Shown one piece after another: positions 10,295-18,964 of a DNA stretch of 55,240 nt. The stretch is from assembly GCA_964555095.1 (NCBI GenBank), contig CAZKRA010000001.1:24964-80203 (forward strand). Direction: 5' to 3'. Within the stretch, counting starts at the first letter, position 1. Each line of letters begins with the position of its first letter. This DNA is from an uncultured Candidatus Saccharibacteria bacterium (GTDB lineage Bacteria; Patescibacteriota; Minisyncoccia; Minisyncoccales; CAYPLZ01). The notes beneath the pieces were generated by a model. That model saw nothing but the letters and a program-made list of their open reading frames with translations. It was not told the DNA's origin and ran no database searches. The position numbers were made by a program, and so were the translations under genes.

Positions 10295-12643
10295 ATGTTA
10301 TTTAAAGAAAGATTTAACAGCTTAATATCTCTTATCTCAAACCATATTAAAAAATTTAGCCTCCTACTGCTTTTTGGCTTATTTGTTCCTTTTTTAGCTT
10401 TTGCTGATTGGGGTCTCGAAACCTTATTCAATGGATTAATATTTGCAGTCCTAAGGTTTATTCTTTGGGTTTCAAAAGGAGCAGCTTACCTTTCTATTGC
10501 TTTTTTTAACTATGTAACAAGCCCTGGTTTTATGCCTTTAAGTTATACAAATCCTGCAGGAAACCCTATAATTGAACTTGGATTAGAAATTACTCGTCCT
10601 TTTGCTAATTTAATAATTGTATTTTTTCTTATTATAATTGGTTTAGCTACAGCCCTTAACTACAAAGATTACGCTGCTAAAAAATTACTTCCTTGGTTAG
10701 TAGGAGCTGCTTTATTAATAAATTTTGTTCCCCTTATTTTAGGAGTTATTATGGATGGGGCTAATACTGTTACTTTTTATTTCTTTGAAAATATTGGAGA
10801 AGGAACTACTATTCTTCAAAACAATCTTTTAGATCTGGGGGGAGGATCATTTGAACCCAGTGGTGGAGAAAAGGTAACTCCTTCTCTTCTTTATAGAGCT
10901 GTAGTCGCTATTGCCTTTTATGCTTTTGTTGCTTGGACATTCTTTATTTATGCCTTTATCTTTTTTATCCGTTATATATATATTTGGACCTTAGTTATTT
11001 TATCTCCTTTAACTTTTGTTGCCGGAGTTATCCCTGCCACAAGAAAGTTGTTTACCAAATGGTGGGAAGACTTTATTCACTGGGCTTTTATTGGTATTCC
11101 TGCCGGATTTTTTATTTATATTGGCCTCCAAATGCTTGCTCGAATTCAAGACATACTTCCGAAAATGGCAATAATACAAGCACAAGAATTTGGCAAAGCT
11201 AATGAACTACTTATTAACATCCTTCCTAGTATAGTAGTAATGGTTTTTCTATGGTTGGGAAGTAAAGAGGTAAAAAAGTTAGCATCTGATGGAGCAAGCG
11301 TTGCAATAGGAGCAGCAGGAGCCATAGCTACAGGCGGTGCCTCAGCTGCAGCATCAGCTGGGAATTGGTTTGGAAAGAAAATAAGATCTTCTAAAGTTGG
11401 TCAAGGAGTTGCAAGCAAAGGAGAAAAGTGGGAAACCGTAACAGGGAAGAAAGGTACAAAAACTTTCCATCGCTATGCCACTCGCCCACTTGGTAAAAAA
11501 ATGAAGGATATTGCTTCTGATAAAGATGATTATCATAGCGGAAAAGAAGAAATTAAAGGAGAAGATCTTTCTGATCAGCTTTATTCTATTCTCCAAGCAA
11601 CTGGAACAGACAGAGAGGGTAAAATTGCTCAATTTTTGGAAGAACGAGGAGAGAAGGGAAGAAAAATTTTAGAAAAAAAGATAGAAAAAGAGGATATAGT
11701 AAAAGTACGTGAAAAAGCTGGAAAGATGGAAGATAAATCTGCAACCAAGAAAATAGATCAATCTTTTGCTAAGATACTAGCTAAGGCTGAAGGAAAGGAT
11801 GATGATAGCTTATTTAATAAATTTAAAGACATTCTTCACTCACAAACCTCTGAAGAAGCAAGAATCAAAAAAGATGATATAGAGGCTCTTGGAGATGAGA
11901 TAAAGGATGAAATAGTTAGCGTTAATAATATTACATTGAGTTCGGAAGATATAAAATATGCTGAAAATGCGAAAGAAGACACAGAAGAGGTAAAAAAATC
12001 AATAAAAAATCAGAAGATTCAAAAAGCCTTAAGAGGAGTAACAAAGAAAGAAATGAAAGAAAAAGGTTATAGAAACTACTTAGATAAAGTAGTTGATAAT
12101 GCAAAGAGCGAAGAAGACATTAAAGACCTTAAAGGTACAATAAAAGAAAAGAAGACAATTGAAGCTGTTCATAGATTTTGGACTGGAGACCAAATATCCA
12201 AAGGAGTAAAAGAACTAGGAAAAGACTTTCTTGAAAGCTTTACAAAAGGACTAAAATCAGCTGAATGGTACGTAAAAAAAGACTCTACAGGAAAAATGAG
12301 AAATATACAGCTCCCCTCTTATCTCATAAGTAATGCGAGTCTCCCACTTGGCACTCCTACTATAAGAGATGAGAACGGTAATGAAATTAATAATAAAAAA
12401 GAGTTAAGGGCTATGAGCCAAAACCCAAATACAGGCTCTTCTTCTAGTTCTTCTCAATCTAGTTCTAAGAGTTCTTCTCAATCTAGTGGAGATAATACTT
12501 CTAAGAAAAAAACATCGAAGAGACGACGCGCAGCAGGAACTAAAAAATCTAGTAAAACCTCTCGTTCTAGAGGAGGGTTTGGATCATCAAAAAAGAATAA
12601 ATCAGATGAGAAAGAAGGGGGAAGAGAAAGAGGAACTCTTTGA
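10295..12643 (+). CDS. Polytopic membrane protein, VirB6/TrbL-like by position and topology, with a ~440-aa hydrophilic C-terminal tail
   Basis: About 7-8 TM helices in the first ~340 aa, then a Gly/Ala-rich segment, then a Lys/Glu-rich tail. The tail ends in poly-Ser and a basic stretch (SSSSSSQSSSKSSSQSS...KKKTSKRRRAAGTKKSSK). The assignment is an inference from context. Confidence 0.45.
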   Translation: MLFKERFNSLISLISNHIKKFSLLLLFGLFVPFLAFADWGLETLFNGLIFAVLRFILWVSKGAAYLSIAFFNYVTSPGFMPLSYTNPAGNPIIELGLEITRPFANLIIVFFLIIIGLATALNYKDYAAKKLLPWLVGAALLINFVPLILGVIMDGANTVTFYFFENIGEGTTILQNNLLDLGGGSFEPSGGEKVTPSLLYRAVVAIAFYAFVAWTFFIYAFIFFIRYIYIWTLVILSPLTFVAGVIPATRKLFTKWWEDFIHWAFIGIPAGFFIYIGLQMLARIQDILPKMAIIQAQEFGKANELLINILPSIVVMVFLWLGSKEVKKLASDGASVAIGAAGAIATGGASAAASAGNWFGKKIRSSKVGQGVASKGEKWETVTGKKGTKTFHRYATRPLGKKMKDIASDKDDYHSGKEEIKGEDLSDQLYSILQATGTDREGKIAQFLEERGEKGRKILEKKIEKEDIVKVREKAGKMEDKSATKKIDQSFAKILAKAEGKDDDSLFNKFKDILHSQTSEEARIKKDDIEALGDEIKDEIVSVNNITLSSEDIKYAENAKEDTEEVKKSIKNQKIQKALRGVTKKEMKEKGYRNYLDKVVDNAKSEEDIKDLKGTIKEKKTIEAVHRFWTGDQISKGVKELGKDFLESFTKGLKSAEWYVKKDSTGKMRNIQLPSYLISNASLPLGTPTIRDENGNEINNKKELRAMSQNPNTGSSSSSSQSSSKSSSQSSGDNTSKKKTSKRRRAAGTKKSSKTSRSRGGFGSSKKNKSDEKEGGRERGTL

Positions 12644-12671
12644 TCGTAATTTTGATTGAATCTAAAAAAAG

Positions 12672-12699
12672 AAAAAGAGGGAATTTTCCCTCTTTTTTT
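12672..12699. terminator. Bidirectional rho-independent terminator between convergent genes
   Basis: gagggaa-tt-ttccctc palindrome flanked by an A-run and a T-run. Confidence 0.65.
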
Positions 12700-12700
12700 A

Positions 12701-14077
12701 TTATTTAAGTCCTGCTTTTAGAGCTGCGATAATCCCTGTTAGTCCACTTTCTGCACCTTCAATTTTAATTCTTTCTTCACTTAAGCTGCCTGTTTGAGCA
12801 CTGATATCAAGCTCTCTTAATTCTTTGATGTATTCTGTCATTTTTTCTTGTACTTCTTCATCTTCTCTAATTTGTTCTCTAATTTTTTCTTGTTTTAGTC
12901 CTGTAACTTCTGCGAGCATTGCTATTACTGGCCCAATTAGTTCTCTTGCTTTTTCTAAAGCTTCAAATTGTGCTGCTTCAGAATCTAATTCAGAAGCTTG
13001 CTTCTCTATTCTAGCATTAACTACATCTTCTGGTTCATCATAATCTTCAATACTTACACCTTGTTCTTCAATACTAAACTTATCTAGCTGTTCTTTTACC
13101 TTTTTTGTCTGTTCTAAGAAGTTTTCCTCTTCTTCTGTCAATTCTTTTTTATCTTTAAGGTTCTCTCTTTTTTGAAAAAGGGCAGCTAATAAGTCAGCAA
13201 GTACACTTTCTGCTTCTCTTGTTGTAGATCTTTTTAAAAAACTAGATATTGAGGCTTCTACTATTTGAATAACTTGATCAACACTTCCTGGAGCTCCTCC
13301 TGGTCCCTTATATATTATTTGATAGACAGATTGTCTAACTTTTGCTTCATTTCCAGGGGTAGGTTCACTAAGCCACTTATCCCCACCCTCTATTTGAAAT
13401 CTGAAAAAGGCTTCACTAACAAATGCAGCACCATCTTCAAAATCCATTCTAAGTGGTGCTCCGTCTTTTCCCTCTAGAATTCTTCTTTGATTTTGCCCTA
13501 GAGGTACTTGGTTTTTATTCTCATCACATTTCCCAAGAACCGGTAAGATAAAGGCTATACCCGGTCCTAGAATAGAAACTGGATTTTCAAATACTTCTAC
13601 AACCCATCTTTCTTCTCTTGGAATAGTAGTTAGTCCACTTATCCCAATTAAGGTAAAAATTAATAAGAAGAATATAGAAACTATTGTTTCTCCTAAAATT
13701 AAGAGCACCATTCCAGTTAGTCCACTTGCTCCAATAAAGCTTAGTCCTACTTCATATATAATTCTTTCCGTTCCTCTGAAAATAACTTCTTTGACGTCTT
13801 CATTTTTTATCCTCTGTTCTTTAGTAATCCCTCCCAAACGGGTGCTAATTCTAATTAGAACAAATAACACAATCCAAATGATTCCAAAAAAGATAGCCGC
13901 TCTAATAAACCCTTTTATCAATACATTTGAATTTATCTGGGGGAAGTTCAAATTTAAATCTGGTGTTTGTTTTAATCCTTCTTCAAGGATACCGTTAAAA
14001 GAAGTAGGGCCAAGTAAAAAGTTACCAATTCCTATAGCTAAAACTAAAAAAACTAAAACTGCTATTACTTTCTTCAT
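12701..14077 (-). CDS. Membrane protein with SPFH/band-7-like domain and acidic coiled-coil C-terminus
   Basis: N-terminal TM helices. ERWVVEVFENPVSILGPGIAFILPVLG resembles the start of SPFH domains. The C-terminus is Glu-rich. Confidence 0.45.
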   Translation of the reverse strand: MKKVIAVLVFLVLAIGIGNFLLGPTSFNGILEEGLKQTPDLNLNFPQINSNVLIKGFIRAAIFFGIIWIVLFVLIRISTRLGGITKEQRIKNEDVKEVIFRGTERIIYEVGLSFIGASGLTGMVLLILGETIVSIFFLLIFTLIGISGLTTIPREERWVVEVFENPVSILGPGIAFILPVLGKCDENKNQVPLGQNQRRILEGKDGAPLRMDFEDGAAFVSEAFFRFQIEGGDKWLSEPTPGNEAKVRQSVYQIIYKGPGGAPGSVDQVIQIVEASISSFLKRSTTREAESVLADLLAALFQKRENLKDKKELTEEEENFLEQTKKVKEQLDKFSIEEQGVSIEDYDEPEDVVNARIEKQASELDSEAAQFEALEKARELIGPVIAMLAEVTGLKQEKIREQIREDEEVQEKMTEYIKELRELDISAQTGSLSEERIKIEGAESGLTGIIAALKAGLK

Positions 14078-14149
14078 TTCTGCTCCTCCTTTCCCTTATT
14101 TTATTTGAGTGTTCTACCTTTTTATACCACAAAAATAAGTTTATGTCAA

Positions 14150-14181
14150 TAAAAAAGCCCCACACTTTTTTTGTATGGAGC
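14150..14181 (-). terminator. Rho-independent terminator of the 14185..14517 gene
   Basis: Minus-strand RNA GCUCCAUAC-AAAAAAA-GUGUGGGGC-UUUUUU. The 9-bp stem closes completely only on the minus strand, because two pairs are G-U. Confidence 0.6.
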
Positions 14182-14184
14182 TGT

Positions 14185-14517
14185 TTATTTGCTAGCAAAA
14201 TATCCTACAATTAATCCTACTAGAAGAATAATTTCAAAGAAGATATCTCGAATATATTTTAAAGAGCCAGAAACGTTAAGCTCTCTTCCTAAATTTGCAT
14301 AAAGTCTGCTCATTGTTATATCAATCTGATGAATAAATAGCCCTAATCTTATCCTTAATTCATAACTTTTAAAAGAAGCAATTACAATAATGTAAGCAAC
14401 CAGAAAAAAGATAAGCATCTTTATAAATGAAGTAAAAGATCTTTCTTCATCTTTAAGATAATTTTTTATCCCTATCCAAATAATTAGTAAAGCAATAACG
14501 ATTCCTACATAAATCAT
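14185..14517 (-). CDS. Small membrane protein (about 3 TM), unknown function
   Basis: Hydrophobic segments MIYVGIVIALLIIWIG, MLIFFLVAYIIVIASF, IFFEIILLVGLIVGYF. Followed by its own terminator. Confidence 0.5.
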   Translation of the reverse strand: MIYVGIVIALLIIWIGIKNYLKDEERSFTSFIKMLIFFLVAYIIVIASFKSYELRIRLGLFIHQIDITMSRLYANLGRELNVSGSLKYIRDIFFEIILLVGLIVGYFASK

Positions 14518-14617
14518 TCTATTTCTCTCCTTTCCTTTTTTGATTTTAATTAACTAAGTTAAAGTATACTATAAAATTAGTTTTTGTCAAGAATTTATTG
14601 TTTGCTTTTATTTAGAA

Positions 14618-14625
14618 TGTATAAT
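14618..14625 (+). promoter_or_regulatory. Extended -10 promoter (TGTATAAT) ahead of 14672
   Basis: tgtataat lies 46 nt upstream of the ATG. A strong AAGGAGG Shine-Dalgarno sits at about 14658-14664. Confidence 0.45.
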
Positions 14626-14671
14626 ATTTATAAAATAGTACATAAAACTAATAAAAAAGGAGGCGAAGTAT

Positions 14672-15085
14672 ATGTTTACAGTTTGGCTTAAAGAAGATGT
14701 TAATTTAGAAGAAGTCAAAGAAAATATTGTAACAAAGTTAGAAATAGAAAAAGATGATTTAACTAATAAGAAAAAAATTATTATTGACAAAGATCCCCTT
14801 GCTCTTCCTTTCAATTTGCCAATTCCTAAAAGATTTGTTGATTGCATAGTTTTTGAAGCTAAAATACCACTTCACGAGAGTTTTCACGAAGAAGTTGCAG
14901 GCACCTATAAAAGAGAGAAAGATGGAACACTAGCTAAAATAGAACCTAAAGAAGTAGATGTAAGAAAACGAAAGATTTCCATACAGGCATCTACTATTAA
15001 AGGCATTGCTGAAACATATTCCTATTTTCTTGGAAATAATTATAGCCTTTTTCATTCAAAATGGACTCGTATTGAAAAACTTTAA
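14672..15085 (+). CDS. Hypothetical protein (137 aa), monocistronic
   Basis: Good Shine-Dalgarno, its own promoter-like element and its own terminator. No motif recognised. Confidence 0.5.
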   Translation: MFTVWLKEDVNLEEVKENIVTKLEIEKDDLTNKKKIIIDKDPLALPFNLPIPKRFVDCIVFEAKIPLHESFHEEVAGTYKREKDGTLAKIEPKEVDVRKRKISIQASTIKGIAETYSYFLGNNYSLFHSKWTRIEKL

Positions 15086-15090
15086 ACTAA

Positions 15091-15125
15091 AAAAGCACAC
15101 ACTTAATTTAATGTGTGCTTTTTAT
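15091..15125 (+). terminator. Rho-independent terminator
   Basis: agcacaca-cttaatttaa-tgtgtgct followed by ttttt. Confidence 0.65.
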
Positions 15126-15192
15126 CCTTTTAATAAATTATTAAATATAGTATAATTGTTTAAAGAGAGTCTTCATTTAATTAACTTATTAT

Positions 15193-15597
15193 ATGACAGA
15201 AGAATATACTCAAGAGGAATATTGGGCACTTTTTGATAATCTTCCTGAAGAACTAAAAGAAGCCGTTGTTTCCCCCCAAACTGCTAAGGCAATTAGTAAT
15301 ATTTGTGATAAAAATAACATAGACAATGTTCGAATTGTTGCAGAAATTATAGGAGAAGTTCTTTTAGGGGTTTTATCTCCAGAAGATAATCTTGTTATTG
15401 AATTAGAAAAAAGATTAGATATAACTACTAAAAAAGCAAAACAAATAAAAAAAGAGGCTATTATGTTTATCCTTCACCCTGTTAAAAAGAGCTTAGAGGC
15501 TTTGTATGAAATTAAAATTGAATCTCCTTCTTTAGAAGCTAAAAATAAAATTAAAAAAGGTTTTTCCCGCGATGAATATAGAGAACCAATTGAATAA
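15193..15597 (+). CDS. Hypothetical soluble protein (134 aa), first gene of the PrgI/VirB4 unit
   Basis: TATAAT at 15151-15156 upstream. It lies 6 nt from the next ORF. No motif recognised. Confidence 0.5.
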   Translation: MTEEYTQEEYWALFDNLPEELKEAVVSPQTAKAISNICDKNNIDNVRIVAEIIGEVLLGVLSPEDNLVIELEKRLDITTKKAKQIKKEAIMFILHPVKKSLEALYEIKIESPSLEAKNKIKKGFSRDEYREPIE

Positions 15598-15603
15598 ATT
15601 TTT

Positions 15604-16020
15604 ATGCAATACAACGTTCCACAATTTATTGAAAGAGAATCTAAAATTAATCGTTTTTTAACATTTAAACAATTTATTTATATTATAGTAGCTGTTCTTA
15701 TCTCTTTGGCTTTTTATAAGACTTTTTCTTCTTTTGGAATAGGAATTTTTGTCTTTTTAATCACTGGAAGCATAGCTCTTGCTCTTGCTTTTGGAAAAAT
15801 AGAAGGTCTACCCTTAACACAGGTAGTAGTCAATTTTTTTAAATTTAAATCTAATTCTAATGTCTATCTTTGGAAAAAGAAAGAGGTTCCATTTAGAGCT
15901 TTTAAAAAAATGGAGGAGGTTAAACCAAAAGAACCAGAAGAAAAAGAAGATGAAACTGGCCTCAAGGTTGCAGGGAAAAGCAAGCTTAGCAGATTAAAAA
16001 CTAATATTGAAGTAAAATAA
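15604..16020 (+). CDS. PrgI-family (VirB3-like) small membrane protein
   Basis: The N-terminus MQYNVPQFIERESKINRFLTFKQFIYIIVAVL matches the characteristic PrgI start (Y-VPxFI-E-KI-G-LT-xQF). Two TM helices. Located upstream of VirB4. Confidence 0.6.
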   Translation: MQYNVPQFIERESKINRFLTFKQFIYIIVAVLISLAFYKTFSSFGIGIFVFLITGSIALALAFGKIEGLPLTQVVVNFFKFKSNSNVYLWKKKEVPFRAFKKMEEVKPKEPEEKEDETGLKVAGKSKLSRLKTNIEVK

Positions 16021-16104
16021 GAACCTGCTTACAAAAATACCAAATAGAACTGCATTCCTTATCTCACTCAAAAGCAAGAATTAATTTAAGCAAATTAAAT
16101 TTTT

Positions 16105-16707
16105 ATGCCAAAATCTTCAGCACAATCCTTTTTAGAAATAGAGCAAATTAAAGAAGGTTTTTTAATTTTAAAAAATAAATCTTTAAGAGGAGTTATAATG
16201 ACCTCTTCCGTTAATTTTGCTCTTCTTTCACAGCAAAGACAAAAGGCTATTATTAGTCAATTTCAAGAATTTTTAAATTCTTTGGATTTTACTGTTCAAA
16301 TAGTAATTCAATCTCGTAAATTAAACCTAACTGGTTATCTTGAAAAATTAGAAGAATTTCAAAGAAATGCAGATCAAGAATTATTAAAAGTCCAAATTGC
16401 AGAATATAGAAAATTTATAAATACTCTAATTGAAGAACAAACAATAATGACAAAAAACTTTTTAGTTTTAGTTCCTTTTGATCTGCATGGAATTCCAGGA
16501 AAAGAGATAAAAAAAGAGCAATTTGAAAGAGCAAGAACTCAATTATGGCAAAGAATGGAATTTGTAGTATTAGGGTTAAGAAGATGTAGTTTAGATTGTA
16601 GTCCTCTTCAAACACCAGAATTAATAGAATTATTTTGGACATTACACCACCAAAAGAAAGCTGAAGTTGGTTATTTCCCCGCAATTCCTTCTGAATTAAT
16701 AACTTAA
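16105..16707 (+). CDS. Stand-alone homologue of the N-terminal domain of Gram-positive-type VirB4 ATPases
   Basis: FLEIEQIKEGFLILKNKSLRGVIMTSSVNFALLSQQRQKAIISQFQEFLNSLDFTVQIVIQS resembles the N-terminal ~200 aa of Tn916 ORF16/TcpF-type VirB4 proteins as I remember them. It ends 11 nt before the ATPase ORF, in a different frame. Confidence 0.45.
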   Translation: MPKSSAQSFLEIEQIKEGFLILKNKSLRGVIMTSSVNFALLSQQRQKAIISQFQEFLNSLDFTVQIVIQSRKLNLTGYLEKLEEFQRNADQELLKVQIAEYRKFINTLIEEQTIMTKNFLVLVPFDLHGIPGKEIKKEQFERARTQLWQRMEFVVLGLRRCSLDCSPLQTPELIELFWTLHHQKKAEVGYFPAIPSELIT

Positions 16708-16718
16708 ATTTTAAACAA

Positions 16719-18503
16719 ATGGACATTCCTTTTTTAGATAAAATTTTAAATAAAAAAGAAAAAGAAAGGCTAACTACAAAAGCTGTAAATCTTAAAGATA
16801 TTATTGCCCCTTCTTCTATTTCAATAGGGTCAGACCATCTTGAAGTAGGAGAAAAAACAGCGAAATCTTTCTTTGTTTTCTCTTACCCTAAATATATTAA
16901 CACCGGATGGACTTCTCCTTTAATTAATCTTAATCACCCAATGGATATTTCCTTTTTTATCCATCCTATTAATACAGCTGTTATTTTAAAACAATTAAGA
17001 AAAAAATTAACACAGATTAAAGCAGAAATAACTGAAAGAAGAGAAAAGGGTTTAATTGAAGACCCCTCTTTAACCTCTGCTCATACAGACATTAAAGAGC
17101 TTAGAAGCAAATTACAAACTGCAAGAGAAAGAATGTTTAGATTAAGTATTTATCTTACTGTATATGGTAAAGATACAGCTGAAATAGATAATGTAGAAAA
17201 TACTTTACGTTCTATTCTTGAATCAAGAATGATTTATGTTAAGCCAGCTCTTTTTCAACAAGAAAAAGGATTTAAGTCTACCTCTCCTTACGGACTAGAT
17301 CAATTAGGTATACACACTCCAATGAATACTGCTCCTTTGTCTAGTGTTTTCCCTTTTATGTCTTTTGATTTAAGCTCTAACGAAGGAATATTATATGGAG
17401 TAAATCAACACAATAATTCCCTTATTCTTTTTGATAGGTTTAGTTTGCCTAATGCAAATATGACTATTTTTGCTACTAGTGGTGCTGGTAAAAGTTATTT
17501 TGTTAAGCTTGAAATCCTTCGTTATTTAATGGCAGGAGTAGATAGCATTATTGTTGATCCAGAAAATGAATATAGATTTTTATCTGATGCCGTAGGAGGT
17601 TCCTTTTTAAATATTTCTTTATCTTCTCCTCAACATATTAATCCTTTTGATTTACCTAAACCAAGAGAAGATGAGGACCCTCAAGATGTTCTTCGCTCTA
17701 ATATTATTAATTTAGTAGGACTATTTAGAATAATGCTTGGAGGATTATCTCCAGAAGAAGACTCAATCATCGATAGAGCTTTAACTGAAACTTATGCAGC
17801 AAAAGATATTACTGCTGATACTGATCCTGATCTCTGGGATAAACGAGTTCCCTTATTAGAAGACTTTGAAACTGTCTTGGAGGGGATGGTAGGAACAGAA
17901 AGCTTACTTAGAAGATTAAGAAAATATACTCAAGGTAGTTATGCAGAATTTTTTAATAACTATACAAATATTTCAACAGATAAGCCTCTTGTAGTTTTTG
18001 GAATAAGAGATATGGAAGATGAGCTTCGTCCTATGGCAATGTTTATTATAATGCGCTATATTTGGAATAAAGTTCGCTCAGAGCTTAAAAAAAGAATCTT
18101 AGTAGTAGATGAGGCCTGGTGGGTAATGAAAAATGAAAATGGTGCTTCTTTCCTTTTTGGGATGGTAAAAAGAGGAAGAAAATACTGGCTTGGTGTAAGC
18201 ACTATTACTCAAGACGTTGGAGACTTTATGAAGTCAGATTACGGCCAACCAATTATTACAAATTCTTCCCTGCAGCTTTTATTAAAACAAAGCTCAGCCA
18301 CCATTGACCAAGTTCAAAACGTTTTTAACCTTACTGAAAATGAGGTTCATAGACTCTTAGAAGCAGAAGTAGGTGAGGGCCTATTTTTTGCTGGCAAAAA
18401 GCATGTTGCTATTAAAGTAGAAGCTTCTTACACAGAAGATCAAATTATTACTACTTCGCCTGAACAAATTAAAAAAATTAAAAGAGAAAAAAATACTATT
18501 TAG
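16719..18503 (+). CDS. virB4: VirB4/TrbE-type type IV secretion ATPase (middle and C-terminal domains)
   Basis: Walker A FATSGAGKSYF, Walker B ILVVDEAWW, then GRKYWLGVSTITQ. The N-terminal part IAPSSISIG...FFVFSYPKYINTGW...DISFFIHP is typical of the family. Confidence 0.85.
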   Translation: MDIPFLDKILNKKEKERLTTKAVNLKDIIAPSSISIGSDHLEVGEKTAKSFFVFSYPKYINTGWTSPLINLNHPMDISFFIHPINTAVILKQLRKKLTQIKAEITERREKGLIEDPSLTSAHTDIKELRSKLQTARERMFRLSIYLTVYGKDTAEIDNVENTLRSILESRMIYVKPALFQQEKGFKSTSPYGLDQLGIHTPMNTAPLSSVFPFMSFDLSSNEGILYGVNQHNNSLILFDRFSLPNANMTIFATSGAGKSYFVKLEILRYLMAGVDSIIVDPENEYRFLSDAVGGSFLNISLSSPQHINPFDLPKPREDEDPQDVLRSNIINLVGLFRIMLGGLSPEEDSIIDRALTETYAAKDITADTDPDLWDKRVPLLEDFETVLEGMVGTESLLRRLRKYTQGSYAEFFNNYTNISTDKPLVVFGIRDMEDELRPMAMFIIMRYIWNKVRSELKKRILVVDEAWWVMKNENGASFLFGMVKRGRKYWLGVSTITQDVGDFMKSDYGQPIITNSSLQLLLKQSSATIDQVQNVFNLTENEVHRLLEAEVGEGLFFAGKKHVAIKVEASYTEDQIITTSPEQIKKIKREKNTI

Positions 18504-18964
18504 CTCGGTTTAATTACAACTCTTCTTTTGGGTTCTCTTCCACTGCTTTCTGTTTTAACATCTTCTCTATCAGCTAACTCTATATGAATAATTCTTCTTT
18601 CATCAGCTGGCATCGGAGACAACTTTATACTTTCCCTGCTTAAAGATACATCATTAGCCGTTTCGACGGCTTTTTCTCTTAGGTATTTGATTTTATTTTT
18701 TCTATAATTATTTATGTCTAAATTAATATAAAAGCGCTTTTGGAGATCAAAATTTTTTCTTATTAACAATTTCAATAGATGCCTAATTTTTTTTAAATTT
18801 TGACCATTTTTACCTATTAATGGTTTTGGCTCTTCAGCTTTTATTTTAATAGGAAGATTGATGCTATCTTCTTCTTCTTTGGGAGTCTCTATTTCAACAT
18901 CTGTTTCAAACCCAGTTTGGTCAAAAAATTTTTTCGTTATATTTTTAATTTTTCCTAGATTCAT
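18500..18964 (-). CDS. jag: Jag/KhpB-like RNA-binding protein (KH + R3H)
   Basis: C-terminal R3H-like LSPMPADERRIIHIELADREDVKTESSG. Located downstream of yidC. Confidence 0.75.
   Translation of the reverse strand: MNLGKIKNITKKFFDQTGFETDVEIETPKEEEDSINLPIKIKAEEPKPLIGKNGQNLKKIRHLLKLLIRKNFDLQKRFYINLDINNYRKNKIKYLREKAVETANDVSLSRESIKLSPMPADERRIIHIELADREDVKTESSGREPKRRVVIKPS

Noticed and set aside
3561-18503. Interpreting the T4SS-like block as an integrated conjugative or mobile element
   Set aside because: There is no integrase, relaxase, coupling protein, tRNA target or flanking direct repeats in the window. Composition looks the same as the surroundings, and the block is bounded by core genes (rsmA, jag/yidC). 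This cannot be fully excluded without a whole-genome comparison.
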